Assembly (NCBI GenBank): GCA_951406725.2
Contig: OX597816.1
Location: forward strand, 49,848,001-49,912,000
Length of the DNA: 64,000 bases
Direction of reading: 5' to 3'
Source of the DNA: Octopus vulgaris
Taxonomy: Eukaryota
Part shown: positions 44,935 to 58,677 of the stretch, one piece after another
Numbering within the stretch: position 1 is the first letter of the stretch
How the letters are laid out: each line of letters begins with the position of its first letter
Program-made: the position numbers and the translations under genes
Notes under the pieces: model-generated
Database searches by the model: none
Told to the model about the DNA's origin: nothing
Seen by the model: the letters and a program-made list of their open reading frames with translations, nothing else

Positions 44935-46482
44935 AATAGACAGGGATTCCTCGGAGCAGAGACGGCCTCTCCCCACGAACCCACGCTGCAGTCCCCCGCC
45001 TCCCTTTCCCCTCAGCTACCACTCCACCACCCTGCCTCTGCAACGCACCATTCTCCGAGCTTCCCAGCATCTCCAGTCCGACCCGTCCACTTCACACATC
45101 TTCAAAAAACCGACCCTCCCCCATCCTTCAAACGAGCCCACAACTTACGAGACCTTTTGGTCCACAGCTTCTTCCTCAACCCTACCTCCCAACCTGACTC
45201 GTCCCCCTGCTTCCGCCCACGCCTCCGCACTTGCCCTTACCTCTCCAATCCCCCTCACCGGCACCCATCTTCGACCCTATCGCATCACCGACTCCTTCAC
45301 CTGCACCTCTACCAATATCATCACTTGCATCTCCTGCTCTCTCTGCCATTCTCTGTACATCAGACAAACGGGACGCCGCTTGGCTGACAGGTTCGCGGAA
45401 CACCTCCGAGACATCCGCCTGGGCAATGACACCCAAGTCTCACTCTTTGCAACACCTGTCCGTGTTCAGATTGTCCTTGCACAGAGGCCATCCTGACTCC
45501 CGTTTGCGCCGTGAACAGGGATTAATCTTCTCTCTAAACTCATTTATGCCATTTAGGCACAATTCCCTTTCCCTCTTCTTCTAACCTCCTCCCCTTGCCT
45601 CAATCCCCTTCCCTCCTACTTCCTCCCTCCCACTCTCCTCTCTTACTCCGACTCCTACTTCTCTTCACTCCTACATCACTCCTTCTTCTCTTCACCCCTA
45701 CTCTCTTTCGCTCTTTTCTCTTACTCTCTTTCTCTCTTTCTCTCTTACTCTCTCCCTCTCTCTTTCTCACTCCCATTTTTTCTCTCTTTTCTCTTCTCTC
45801 TTCTTACATACCCACCTTCCCCTTCCCCCTTCATCGTCAACCCTCCCCCATAGACCCACCCCACTCCTACACATTCCTACTCCATCTTCCCTATCCTTCC
45901 CATCCAATCCCATCACTTACAACCCTCCCACATACCCCACCCTCTGCCTACTCACAAAACTCACCTCCTCCCCAATCCTCAGCCTAACCCCCACCCGTGC
46001 TTTCCTCATTCTCGCCTCCCCCATCTTCCAACAACATCACACCGCACCACCCTACACCATTCCACACTACACATCATATCACAACACACCAGCATTGGCC
46101 AGTTCCCATCCCCACATTTTCACACCTACACACCCACACGTCAAGATCACCAACCCTCTTTCACACGCACACACGTACTCTCTTATACACGCACGCACTT
46201 TCGTTGTGTGTGTGGGGGGTCATCTTTACTTTGTTATCTCCCCTACTTCGCACTCCTGAGTGACCCTTCTGTACGGCAGTCGCCTTGATAGATCAGTAGC
46301 CACTACAAACATTTTATTCTCTCCTTGATTCTCTCCTAGTTTTTTTTTCTGTGTCCCTTCCTGTAGTGGAGCGTAGGCTCGAAATGTAAAAGACTTTTTC
46401 AATTCCTGGGCGTTATACTAATACATCTGTTTGCTTTCTACACCACCTGTCTTCCTCTTTTGTTTTTTTCGTGAACTCTCCC

Positions 46483-46483
<1 letters not shown>
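44935..46483 (+). mobile_element. Decayed Neptune-type PLE 3' portion: GIY-YIG remnant, pyrimidine-rich UTR, degenerate hammerhead, ending in (TA)n
   Basis: 45290-45419 translates as DSFTCTSTNIITCISCSLCHSLYIRQTGRRLADRFAEHLRDIR. 46353-46394 reads GTCCCTTC-CTGTAGTG-GAGC-GTAG-GCTC-GAAA-TGTA-AAAGAC. Confidence 0.8.
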
Positions 46484-46545
<62 letters not shown>

Positions 46546-47550
46546 GTGTACAAATATACAAAGAAATTGATTATTACATGCGCCCCTCCCATATCGTTAT
46601 TTAAGGAAAAGGGGCATTTTTCTTGTGAAATAAGTGAAATCGATGTTATTTACATACAATTTATTAATACGAATGAAAAGCAAAATATTATGTAAATACT
46701 GACTATGTATATATTGTATTAAACAAACAAATGTGTAAATCATAATTTCACAGGAATTCAACAGAAGAATAATTCTATTTACAAATAGTTGAAATGGAAA
46801 AACGTGCGCTTGAATTTTAAATGGCCATCTATGCAGTAATTTCGTGGTATTGATCAATACTACACAACAACAACTATACATGCACACACACATTTACACA
46901 CACGCACAGACACTCACACAGAAACACACACACACATATAATCCTCTATACGCTTCAGACCTGAGGCCGTGGCCATGCTGGAACATTTTTTTAATGACCA
47001 AGCTTTTGGTGAAGAAAGGAGTTCAACATTGTTACCCTCTTTTGAGTTTCCTGCCGTCATATAGATTAATGTAGGACCTTAGATAGCAAGAGTTGAAGTC
47101 GTTTACTGAAAATATCTATCACTACATCACTAAGATCCCTCAGATATTTTGGCAAGGCGTGAAATAGGAGTCGGCCCTTGAATTTCTTGCCATTGATCTA
47201 CATGGTTCTCACTGATGATGAAATAGCTGGGACTTTGGGAACAATGCGCTGACACCTAGTTCAGAGGCTTTTATAGCTCTCAATGCCAAAGTCTGGTGCC
47301 CTGCAATGCTGGAATACCTACTTGCGGAAATTTCAGTCATAACAATCAACTCCAATTCTTATATAATCTATTAGTACTTATTCTGTCTTTAACTTTTGCA
47401 GAAGTGCCACGTTTCGGGGACGTAAACATACCAAACAGAATGTCAAGCCACGGAGGGTGGATAGAGAAAGAAAGACATACGCACATATGTATATACATGC
47501 ACACGTACATACATACATACACACATACATACATACATACATATACAAGC

Positions 47551-47594
<44 letters not shown>

Positions 47595-47595
<1 letters not shown>

Positions 47596-47646
47596 GAGGC
47601 GCAGTGGCCCAGTGGTTAGGACAGCGGATTCGCAGTCGTAGGATCG
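47595..47646 (+). mobile_element. 5' head fragment of SINE family A
   Basis: GGAGGCGCAGTGGCCCAGTGGTTAGGACAGCGGATTCGCAGTCGTAGGATCG matches the heads at 1230 and 50770. Confidence 0.7.
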
Positions 47647-47774
47647 ATGTATGTATATTTATACATACATACATACATATATAAATACATACATAGATAT
47701 ATAAATACATACATGATGGACATTGTGACCAGCGATGTGTAACTACTATCTGATAGACTGGTCGGTCACGTGAT

Positions 47775-47821
<47 letters not shown>

Positions 47822-48484
47822 TAAATACATACATATATATATAAATACATACATACATACATATGTAAATATATATATATATATATATATGTATTTACAT
47901 ATGTATGTATGTATGTATTGATATATGTATGTATGTATTTATATATCTATGTATGTATTTATATAAACAGTATGTTCCTATGATTTTCTGTCCAAGAAAT
48001 AAATTCATAAGGCTTTGGTTGGCCCTAAGCTTTGGGACAAGTCGCTTTCCCAATGTTACAAACCCTCACCGACATATCCAGAACATACCACCTGTCTATA
48101 AAAGGCGTGCGTTCGACTCTCCCAGTAGCCTTTGAAGCTTTGTTTTCAAAAGAGGTTCTCAGCCAATATTTACAGAAACTATGATACTGTTTTTTATGTG
48201 CCTGGAGACGTATTGTTCGAAAATAATTATTTCCTGTTCTCACAAAAGTCTATAAATTCTTATAAACTCGACTATATGTATGTATGTGTGTATCTGTGCG
48301 TATATATGCGTGTGCAGGTATGTGTGTCTCTATGCGTGCGTGGGCGCGTGCGTGGGCGCGTGTGCGTGGGCGCGTGCGTGGGCGCGTGCGTGGGCGCGTG
48401 TGTGTAAGTATGTATGTGAATAAATATGTATACTTATATGAGCATGCGGGTATATGTATATGTAGGTATCTGCAGATATACATG

Positions 48485-48556
<72 letters not shown>

Positions 48557-48689
48557 GACGTGTGCCTTTGTATATAGATGTATGTAAATACACACACTAA
48601 CCTGCACACATATATATATATATATGTATACATATGTCTACGTATTTGTATACATGTGTATGTGCGTGCGCATAGTGTCCAGTATCTAT

Positions 48690-48908
48690 CTTTTACTCTT
48701 TTACTTTTTCCAGTCATTTGACTGTGGCCATGCTGGAGCACCACTTTTAGTCGAGCAAATGGACCCCAGGACTTATTCTTTGTAAGCCTAGTACTTATTC
48801 TATCGTTCTCTTTTGCCGAACCGCTAAGTTACGGGGACGCAAACACACCAGTATAGGTTGTCAAGCGAAGTTGGGGGGACAAACTCGGACACACAATCAT
48901 ACACACAT

Positions 48909-48942
<34 letters not shown>

Positions 48943-49116
48943 GCATATGTATACGACGGGCTTCTTACAGTTTCCGTCTACCAAATCCACTCACACAGCA
49001 TTGGTCGGCCCGAGGCTATAGTAGAAGACACTTGCCCAAGGTTCCACGCAGTGGGGCAAAATCCGGAGCTCTGTGGCTTGTAAGCAAGCTACTTACCACT
49101 CAGCCACTCCTGCGCC
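48690..49116 (-). mobile_element. tRNA-derived SINE, family C (internal microsatellite, CR1-like 3' tail), full length
   Basis: Head GGCGCAGGAGTGGCTGAGTGGTAAG, then CCTTGGGCAAGTG. Tail GGTGCTCCAGCATGGCCACAGTCAAATGACTG followed by (AGTAAAAG)n. Confidence 0.9.
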
Positions 49117-49317
49117 TGTGTACAAATATTCATTTATCTGTACAAACATTTATTTATAGCTGTAGATGTAGGCATATGTTATCTTATATATGCGTGCATA
49201 TTTGCTTATCTATCTATACAGATCTTTGCTGTATATATATCTTTGTATGTATGCATCCTTCTACGTATGTATATTGGCGTGTATATATCCACAAACGAAA
49301 TAAAATATATGCGCATG

Positions 49318-49367
<50 letters not shown>

Positions 49368-49382
49368 TATATATATATATAT

Positions 49383-49500
<118 letters not shown>

Positions 49501-50456
49501 ATGTGTGAGTGTCTGTAAGTATATATGCAACCGTGAATGTGAATTCTTGTGTATATGTATGTGCATACATATCAACATGTACTCGTTTTTTTTTCATATG
49601 TGTGGTCACGTGCACATGAGGTTATAAACATCTATTTCATTATCTATTCTGAAGTATACTGATATGTACATGCATGTGTGTTTTTTATATGTTTGCGTAT
49701 TTGATTGTGTATATGTATATATGTATGTATATATATATATATGTATGTATGTATGTATGAAGCAATGGGTATATGTATATACGCGTGCATGTGTATTGTT
49801 ATCCTTTGTTCCGTAAGACATAACGATCTTTGGCCCCCGATGTTTATTTATTCGTTCAAATCGGAAGACAGTACACTAAAAGTCAAATGTAATCTATCTT
49901 AACATTTTGATAAGATTTTTATGACTTGTATGCCTATATCCTCATTCCCCAGAATGACAGCATTTTTTTGCTTTTTTTCTGAATGTTTTGCTTCATTCAC
50001 ATTCTCCATCTCTTCCCACTTTTGACTCTTCCCCCACACCTATTCTATCCATTATTTCAGTTCCGCGGCGGGCTTAATCGTTCATTTATTATTTAAACTT
50101 ACTTATTTTTTGTTTGTTATGCAATTTACTATTTCTTGGCGGCAATGTAACTCGAATTTCTTGGCGGCAAAATAATCGCTAGGGAGGCAATTTCAGCCTC
50201 GTGGCTATCTACGCTGGAGTGAGTTCGTTTTGTAATGCTCATGTAATGAGCTTGAGTTAATTAAGAAATATATGTAGCATACACGTTACTTGTTCTATTG
50301 CTTTAAACTTTAAAAAAAAATGATTCGCATTCTTTTGCAGCGTTATTTGCTACTAATGAGTTCTATAGCAACTACCAGCTCATCGAAATTATTTATAAAT
50401 TCGATATGGGAAAAAGTATGTAAGGTACGTGCCAATAAATTACTAAGTTATCGTAT

Positions 50457-50771
50457 TTTTTATATTCATGCGCCCTTTTCAAGCCTAGCCAGGCTCATGG
50501 GCCCAGTCTCCCGGTTTCTTTGGCGTATGTGTTTTCCCCAGCTGGACGGGACGCCAGTCCATCGCAACGTTACTCAAGAAACAGGAAGAGAGAGTGAGAG
50601 AAAGTCGGGACGAAAGAGTACAACAGGGGTCGCCACCAGCCCCTGCCGGAGCCTCGTTGCGCTTTAGGTGTTTTCGCTCAATAAACACACACAACATCTG
50701 GTCTGGGAATTGAAACCGCGATCCTCCGACCGCGAGTTCGCTGCCCTAACCACTGGGCCATTGTGCCTCCA
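50457..50771 (-). mobile_element. Full-length SINE, family A, with 12-bp TSD
   Basis: tRNA-like head; central GATGGACTGGCGTCCCGTCCAG segment; TSD AAGTTATCGTAT at 50445-50456 and 50772-50783. Confidence 0.88.
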
Positions 50772-51314
50772 AAGTTATCGTATACTGCCCATTTTTTTCT
50801 CTATACTAGTCGCCTACTGATTGAAGCTTACTAACATCCTACACTTTAACCACTAGGCTGTGTTCACACAAACCCACACACACATATATATGTATGTATA
50901 TGCACTGCGTACGTGTGTGTGTCTGCGTGTGTGTGTATGTACGTGTGTGTGTATACATATACATATACACAATATACACATATATACGCATATCCGCTTA
51001 AATTCAACAGTACCACTCAACATACAAATAAACTAGGGACAAACTAATTGCAAATGCACACGCGCTGAACAGGTATTACATCTCACAGATACAAACGAAC
51101 ATATACACACTCAATCACACACACACATCAGCTACAACCACGCGTACATGCCCAAACGGATTGATGACACCTGCATGCACGCACGCACATATACGTAACA
51201 GATACATGCGCATAAGTACCAGGCTCTCGCGCGTTCACACAGGTATGTATAAGCCAATCGACAATCGTTTGTCCTTAACTCTCCTAAGTCCAGGTAGTCC
51301 TCCCCCTATATATG

Positions 51315-51695
51315 CTCTTTTACTTGTTTCAGTCATTTGACTGTGGCCATGCTGGAGCACCACCTTTTAGTCGAGCAAATCGACCCCAGGACTTATTCTT
51401 TGTAAGCCTAGTACTCATTCTATCGGTCTCTTTTGCCGAACCGCTAAGTTACGGGGACGTAAACACACCAGCATCGGTTGTCAACCGATGTTGGGGGGAC
51501 AAACACAGACACACAAATACATACACATACATATATATATATACATATATACGACGGGCTTCTTTCAGTTTCCGTCTACCAAATCCACTCACAAGGCTTT
51601 GGTCGACCCGAGGCTACAGTAGAAGACACTTGCCCAAGGTGCCACTCAGTGGGACTGAACCCGGAACCATGTGGTTCGTAAGCAAGCTACTTACC
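51315..51695 (-). mobile_element. SINE family C, slightly 5'-truncated
   Basis: High similarity to 48690-49116. Confidence 0.9.
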
Positions 51696-51698
51696 GCG

Positions 51699-51775
<77 letters not shown>

Positions 51776-51796
51776 TTTTGCATGTGTGTTTGTATG

Positions 51797-51850
<54 letters not shown>

Positions 51851-53403
51851 AGAGAGAGAGAGAGAGAGAGACAATGACAGAGAGAGAGAGAGAGAAGGGG
51901 ACCTGAGAGAAGAAGGGAGAAAGCGAGAGAGTCCCCATAAATATCTTGTCCAGGGAATTCGGAGTGGAATGCAAAATAGGAATTGATGTCGGTATATAAT
52001 TATAACTTCACGTTTGCGTGGATAAGAAGCGAAACCTTTATTTGGATGGAGCCGAATGAAACTGGTATGAAGTATCTCACACATACACACATATTTACTT
52101 ATATACATCCAAGTAGACTGGTTTCATTTATACTACATTAGGTACTTTAAAAACTAGCTTACTTGGGTTTCTCAGACTTCTTATTTTATAAATTGGATTT
52201 AAAAAAAAAAAACTCTCATAAATAAAGAATATCCGTCTTAGATGTAAGAACAATAAGAACTATTATGTATGAGGATATGCGCGTGGCATATATTAATTTA
52301 TCGTAATGTCGTAGATAAATATATATTCATATTAATATTTATAACCATGAATGTATATTCTATATACTGTTCAAAAGAGCGTAATTAAAGAATTAAATAT
52401 AATACCATAGCTTCTACTCTTTGTCTTAAAACATATATGGGAATTTGTGTGTGATACTATGTATTTGTGCAAATGTGTGTGTGTGTCTGTGTGTGGACAT
52501 GTGTGTATGCGTGTGTGTGTGCGTGCGTGTGTGTATGTGTGTGCGAACGTAACTAATAAATAATGCATTTGATATATCTGAAAATGGAACATTAATTTTT
52601 AAATTTCATAGCGATGAATTTTACAGTTCATCGCTCATGAGTAACAGGAAGTGTTATCTATCCAGTCGTAGATGGCTTCTTTTCAATCTGAATATTAATA
52701 TATTTTATATATTTTATTTTCGTTGAAAATTTCATTAGTGTAGACACTTGTTCATTTATTCTTTTTAACACCTGACTAAAGTTCATTGTAAGCTGATGAA
52801 ACTGTAAATGACAAATATGGAGAAATCCGTCTATCTGTTTGAATTCTTGAAATTTTTACATACTGGTATGAGAAGGAATGACTATTATTGCAGGAAAGAC
52901 TATGTTTCGTCAGGCAAGGTAACTGAGTTTATTATGAAATTTACGCAATACTGGCGAGGAACTATAGTATTCCAAAAAGAAATTACTGTCACAGTCTATT
53001 TGGATCGTCGTCTACAGAATATTCCAAAAAAATTTGGTAGCGCAATATGAATTTCAGCAAAGAAAAAAGAAATGGGTGTTTTATTTTGATATCCAAATTT
53101 ACTTTAATTCGAATACGTGAAGACATTTAAACGTCTTACAGAAGAAGAGTAAAGGAGCTCTTAAACTTTTCCTTGTTTCAGTAAAAAAGTTTATATAAGA
53201 TCAAGATAGCATCTAGTATGCAGACAAATAAAATAAGCAATGTTTTTGTGTATATGGGTGTGGTGTATTACTTTTTACCTATCTACCTCTCTATATATGA
53301 ATGCATATATGAACGTGTGTGTGTGTGTGTGTGTAGTTTCGTATTTGTGTGCATATAGCATATAATCATATGTATATATACATATGTATGTATATGTGTG
53401 TTT

Positions 53404-53449
<46 letters not shown>

Positions 53450-53479
53450 CATGTGCACACACACACACACATAGATATA

Positions 53480-53510
<31 letters not shown>

Positions 53511-53969
53511 TGAAACTACTGTCTTATATAGAACATGCATGTTTTCTTCCTGGAATCAACATAAGATGGTACTGAAATTATTTAGAGTAGTGTAAATAAA
53601 CATCGTATTTAAAGGATAAAAAAGAAAATAGATGAAATAATGTTTTTATTGATTTGCTATTATAGATTTGGAAATAGAAAAATGGAAATGATTGAAAAGT
53701 AAATATATTCTATGTAGAGAATGGAAATAATTATGGAAAGAATTCAAAGATGCGACATATAGAAAATGAAATAATGGCTGGAAAACAATTATGTTCGTCC
53801 CGCATTTTATTTATAAGATTCAATAAACATATTTAAAAGAAAAATATTAATTATAAAATTAATATTTCAATCAATTTTCAGTTTTTATTTCTTTGATGAA
53901 TGCGTTTAATATATTCTTTGCTATGTGGTTATATATATAATAAACATTGTAAAATTTTAAATAGCTTAG

Positions 53970-54312
53970 ATGGAGGGGTCTCCGAAATGGGTCTCGGGAG
54001 TAGAGTCCCTGTCTTCGTGAGTTAGTTTTGCGCCACCTCTCTTAAGAATCATAGTAGAGGCCTTGGTCTCGGGACCACTCATGTCTAGAAACTGAGGTTG
54101 AGGATAAGCAAGGGCATGCACTCCGTAGAAAATCTAGCTCCCAAACAACCTCATGATAGTAAAGGATAATGGGCACCAGCCAGCCCAAATGTTGGGGTGG
54201 GCTGCACCTGCCTACCTCGGTTGCTATGGCATGAGGTAGGTCCGGCCACTTCCATTGACGGGCACAAAACCTGGATTTAAAACACTGGATGTTGATGATG
54301 ATGATGATGATA

Positions 54313-54356
<44 letters not shown>
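53970..54356 (+). mobile_element. GC-rich retroposon-like segment ending in a (GAT)n tail
   Basis: Sharp GC-rich island containing AAGGGCATGCACTCCGTAGAAAA and ending in (GAT)n at about 54288-54356. Family not identified. Confidence 0.5.
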
Positions 54357-56611
54357 ATTGGTCAACATATGAAAATCAGAAATAATTATTTCACACAGGT
54401 ATATTTTTATATTCTTAATTGAAATACCGTGTTATTTCGTGGCTTTTCATAGTTTATCGGATGTGAAATACAGGAAGTTTAACCAAGAATGAAAAACGTT
54501 TCCTGATTTGGCCTGTTTCAAATTTCACTTTTCAAGCCTGTGCTCTATAACTGTTCGGTGAGGATGTAGTTTTTTATACTTACTGTTGTAGTTTCAATAT
54601 TTTAATCAATTGAAACATATCAAGGATAACGCATAGCTATTTCGATCCTTTTTAAATCAATTGAGAATGCTGGCATCATGACGCAGAATTTACGGAGTGC
54701 AATTACATCACCTAGATGTTGTGCTGTTGATTGTCTTCAAATCTTATGGTTTGTTTCTGGAAGAACAATGACTATAGAAATAATGAAGCTGAATGAATTC
54801 AGTAGGCCATGGAATCTACGCTTTTACAAGTTTAGCTTAATAATCACGTAAGTGAAAAATGAATACCGATTATAGTTCTTTAGAATACGCATAACACTTG
54901 AGAAAGGGTTTGTCATCTAATGCTATCCGGTATTTAACTGTTGCATATTTTATTTGTTAATATTTTCCGTCGCAGTTTTTGATGTTCTTTCTGCAATGGA
55001 TGTTTAACTCTGTAATAATTATTTGCACGTTGAACATTCAATGTTTAACAGTAGTTCTTTCCGCTTGTGTGTTTTGCAATTTCGTTTGCGTGTCATCTAG
55101 CTCTCGCTTCAATTGCCTGACTGTGGAAGCTAACACAACGTTCCCAAACTATTGCGACTTTCTAAGTAAAATGTGGAGACTTTAATGACAAATCTGAGCC
55201 CTATTTGAGTGGGAGACTCAAAAGCAAACCATATGAGTTTTGGTCGAATTTAAAAAATGATATGTAACAAAATTTCAGCAATTAATACATTTTTAACATA
55301 TAAATAGTTGCAGAATCTGGCAGCAGATTCGAAGCGATGTGTTCCCGAAACAACTAACAACAAGAGCATTACCAATCACCCCACACAGCAACGAAAACAG
55401 TACAAATAATAATAATAAGTATCATCCTAATAACAAAATATCGTACTACATATATATATCTCTATCTCTATGGTGTCAGTTTTGGCATATTTACTTTGTA
55501 TTCTTAGAGCATGATTTATCCTTTTATAATGTTTACACAAACACAGCAAACTTCGGTAAACAATAACAATCGATACACAACTACACACACTGTAGATACG
55601 AACATATGGAAATTGGCAGAGAGACATAACATAAAATCATAAGAAAGTGGAACAAGAAAAACAGAAGCATGAAGTACTTTTAAACGCAGTCGTTTGTTTT
55701 TAGTAGTTAGCAGCTCGTAATAAATGATTTAAGCTTAAATGTAAGTTTACTGTCTAACGTTCGTAAGAAAACTTTTCGTTTGGCAGACGACAAAGGATTG
55801 CCAATGTAATGACAGTATTATTTCATTTGCTTAAACTTGTTATTGCAACAGCATTGTTTTCAGTAATAGAATACTTTGCATTATTTAACTTCACGATGGA
55901 GCCTCGGATTCCGCAACCTCTCAAAACAATATTCTAAATTGATTCTTACTATTTACACCCATCAAGAAAAAAAAATGAAAGCAAAAATATATGGTATCGA
56001 CAAAACAACGGACAATGTGTCAATAGTCAAATGTATTAGACTCATACTACAAGGAGATAATATACACAATATATATAAATATAAAAACAAGGTACACAGA
56101 TTCTGAAATAGAAAGGGTGTTACACAATCGGATAATTTATGTAGATTTGTAGTAATGTATAAAGAAAAGAGAAGTCAAGCAGCATTTGTATAGAAAAAAA
56201 TAAAAACGAAAGCAAAGATATGTCTTTCAGACTAAACCATAACACAACAGAAGCGATGATAGATATAGATACACGCCCAAAGTTCTTAGAACAAACGATA
56301 TCTTGAAATAAAAAAAGAGCACAAACACGCAGACTGAGACACAGACGCATTCACACAAATTCTCTCTGTCTCTCTCTGTCTCTCCTCTCTGTCTCTCTCA
56401 CACACGCACGCGCACACAATCATAAAAATTGCGTAGAATAAAAAAAATTGTGGAAAAAATATGATCAGAGAGTAGACAACAACGGAAATAACAGTCCGAA
56501 TTGTAAGAAAAATGTACTATTGAATTGCATGCATAATAAAATAGATATATAGATTGAAAACACACTATCTGCAAGGGGAATATATGAACAGCAGCCATAA
56601 ATGAGAGACAA

Positions 56612-56830
56612 AACTTTTATCTTTCACTTGTGGCAGTCACTTGACTGCAGCACCGCTTTGAAGAATTTTCAATCGAATTAGTCGGCCTCAGTACTTATTT
56701 TTTAAAAAATTAGTATCTGGTAGTTATTCCATCGGCCATGTTTGCCAGACTGCCATGTTACGGGAATGTAAACACACCAACACTGCTTGTCGATCGGTAG
56801 TGAGTGACAGATTTAGAGACAGCGATACAC
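56612..56830 (-). mobile_element. Degenerate SINE family C, 3' part
   Basis: CAGTCACTTGACTGCAGCACCGC...AGTACTTATT...GTAAACACACCAACAC. Confidence 0.6.
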
Positions 56831-56836
56831 ACACGC

Positions 56837-56941
<105 letters not shown>

Positions 56942-56978
56942 AAATATATATATTATATATATATAAATATATATATTA

Positions 56979-57024
<46 letters not shown>

Positions 57025-57028
<4 letters not shown>

Positions 57029-57225
57029 AATGTTACCGCGTGTGCACCTTTGGCGATTTTTCCCTCCGTCTTCCTTTCTTTGGATCTTTCCTTTTCCTAT
57101 GTTTCTGACGAAGCGAAGAGCTTCGCTCGAAAACGTTAAACCCTCTTTATTTCCTTCTTTCCTGAGCGTCCAATAAAACTATACTTGTTCCACGTCCTCA
57201 CGTTGTTGTGTTTTCATGTTTGGAT

Positions 57226-57230
<5 letters not shown>
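57025..57230 (+). mobile_element. PLE-type pseudo-LTR fragment in (TA)n with a hammerhead motif at 57101-57141
   Basis: GTTT-CTGACGA-AGCGAA-GAGC-TTC-GCTC-GAAA-ACGT-T-AAAC, then TCCTGAGCG similar to 46404. TA repeats on both sides. Confidence 0.7.
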
Positions 57231-57265
<35 letters not shown>

Positions 57266-57344
57266 ATGGAGAAATTATGCAAAATGTAGAAATAGATTAT
57301 GAGTACAGCACCGGTACAGTTTCGATTACCTATTGTTATCCATA

Positions 57345-57543
57345 GATTTATTTATTTCTTTATTGCCCACAGGGCCTAAACGTAGAGGGGACAGTCAACG
57401 GTATTAAGTCGATTACATAGACTCCAGTGCGTAACTAGTACTTGTTTAATCGACCCCGAAAGGGTGGAAGGCAAAGTCGACCTCGGCGGAATTTAAACTC
57501 AGAACGTAACGGCAGACGAAATGCCGCTAAGCATTTCGCCGCC
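57345..57543 (-). mobile_element. Nin-like-domain SINE, 5'-truncated
   Basis: Colinear with 6047-6250. Confidence 0.8.
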
Positions 57544-57869
57544 CTAAACTTATCCGTAGATGTATTGCAGGAACTTCGTAGTGGCGCTTGGGGTAACAGT
57601 ATTGATAAAATAAATGGAAGGAGAAAATATTTTATTGGGTACGATACATGTTTCGACCCGTTGTGGGTCTCTTTGGTGTGTCTAATTTCTTTATTCCCAC
57701 GGTTTCTTTTATACCCGCTCAACCTGATCCCCCTTACAGCTATTCTTTACCATCTGGAATGATCCTCTGTAAAGACATCGGAGTCTACGTTTGAAGCTTT
57801 TGAATACAATTAAGTAAGTCCTATAAGGTGAACATCTAGATTTCATCTGTGTACTATATATATATATAT

Positions 57870-57928
<59 letters not shown>

Positions 57929-57932
57929 TATA

Positions 57933-58335
57933 CTCTTTCTTTTACTTGTTTCAGTTCTTTTACTTGTTTCAGTCATTTGACTGCGGCCATGCCTTTAATC
58001 GAGCAACTCGACCCCGGCACTTATTCTATCGGTCACTTTCGACAAACCGCTAAGTAACGGGGACATAAACACACCAGCATTGGTTGTCAAGCAATGCTAG
58101 GGGACAAACACAGACACACAAACACACACACGCAAACACACACACGCATATATATATATATATATGCATATATACGACGGGCTTCTGTCAGTTTCTGTCT
58201 ACCAAATCCACTCACAAGTCTTTGGTCGGCCCGAGGCTATAGTAGAAGACACTTGCCCAAGGTGCCACGTAGTTGAACCGAACCCGGAACCATGTGGTTG
58301 GTAGACAAGCTACTTACCACACAGCTACTCCTGCG

Positions 58336-58337
<2 letters not shown>
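57933..58337 (-). mobile_element. SINE family C, full length with small internal deletions
   Basis: Homologous to 48690-49116; flanked by (TA)n. Confidence 0.88.
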
Positions 58338-58381
<44 letters not shown>

Positions 58382-58385
<4 letters not shown>

Positions 58386-58627
58386 AAAAAAGGAGATGTC
58401 GAACACGAGTGGTGATATATAAAAAAGGAAATGAAGAAAATGCTGACAAATAATTGAAGTAATTTAAGTAATTTAATTAGGTGAAAGTTCTTTTTACCGG
58501 TTGCGCATTTGTTATGCTTATCAAAATATTTTGATAAGCATAACAAATGCGCAACCGGTAAAAAGAACTTTCACCTAATTAAATTACTTAAATTACTTCA
58601 ATTATTTGTCAGCATTTTCTTCATTTC

Positions 58628-58632
<5 letters not shown>
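58382..58632 (-). mobile_element. Fold-back copy of the 3' tip of the 16.6-kb PLE; perfect spacerless palindrome at 58423-58632
   Basis: 58382-58529 matches 16582-16730 apart from A-run length. The axis lies between 58527 and 58528, with 105-bp arms. Confidence 0.9.

Positions 58633-58670
<38 letters not shown>

Positions 58671-58677
<7 letters not shown>

Noticed and set aside
45585-46200. Ser/Pro/Leu/His-rich ORFs
   Set aside because: Low-complexity pyrimidine-rich PLE 3' UTR.
52808-53050. 80-aa ATG-initiated ORF
   Set aside because: No recognisable domain or splice context; length compatible with chance.
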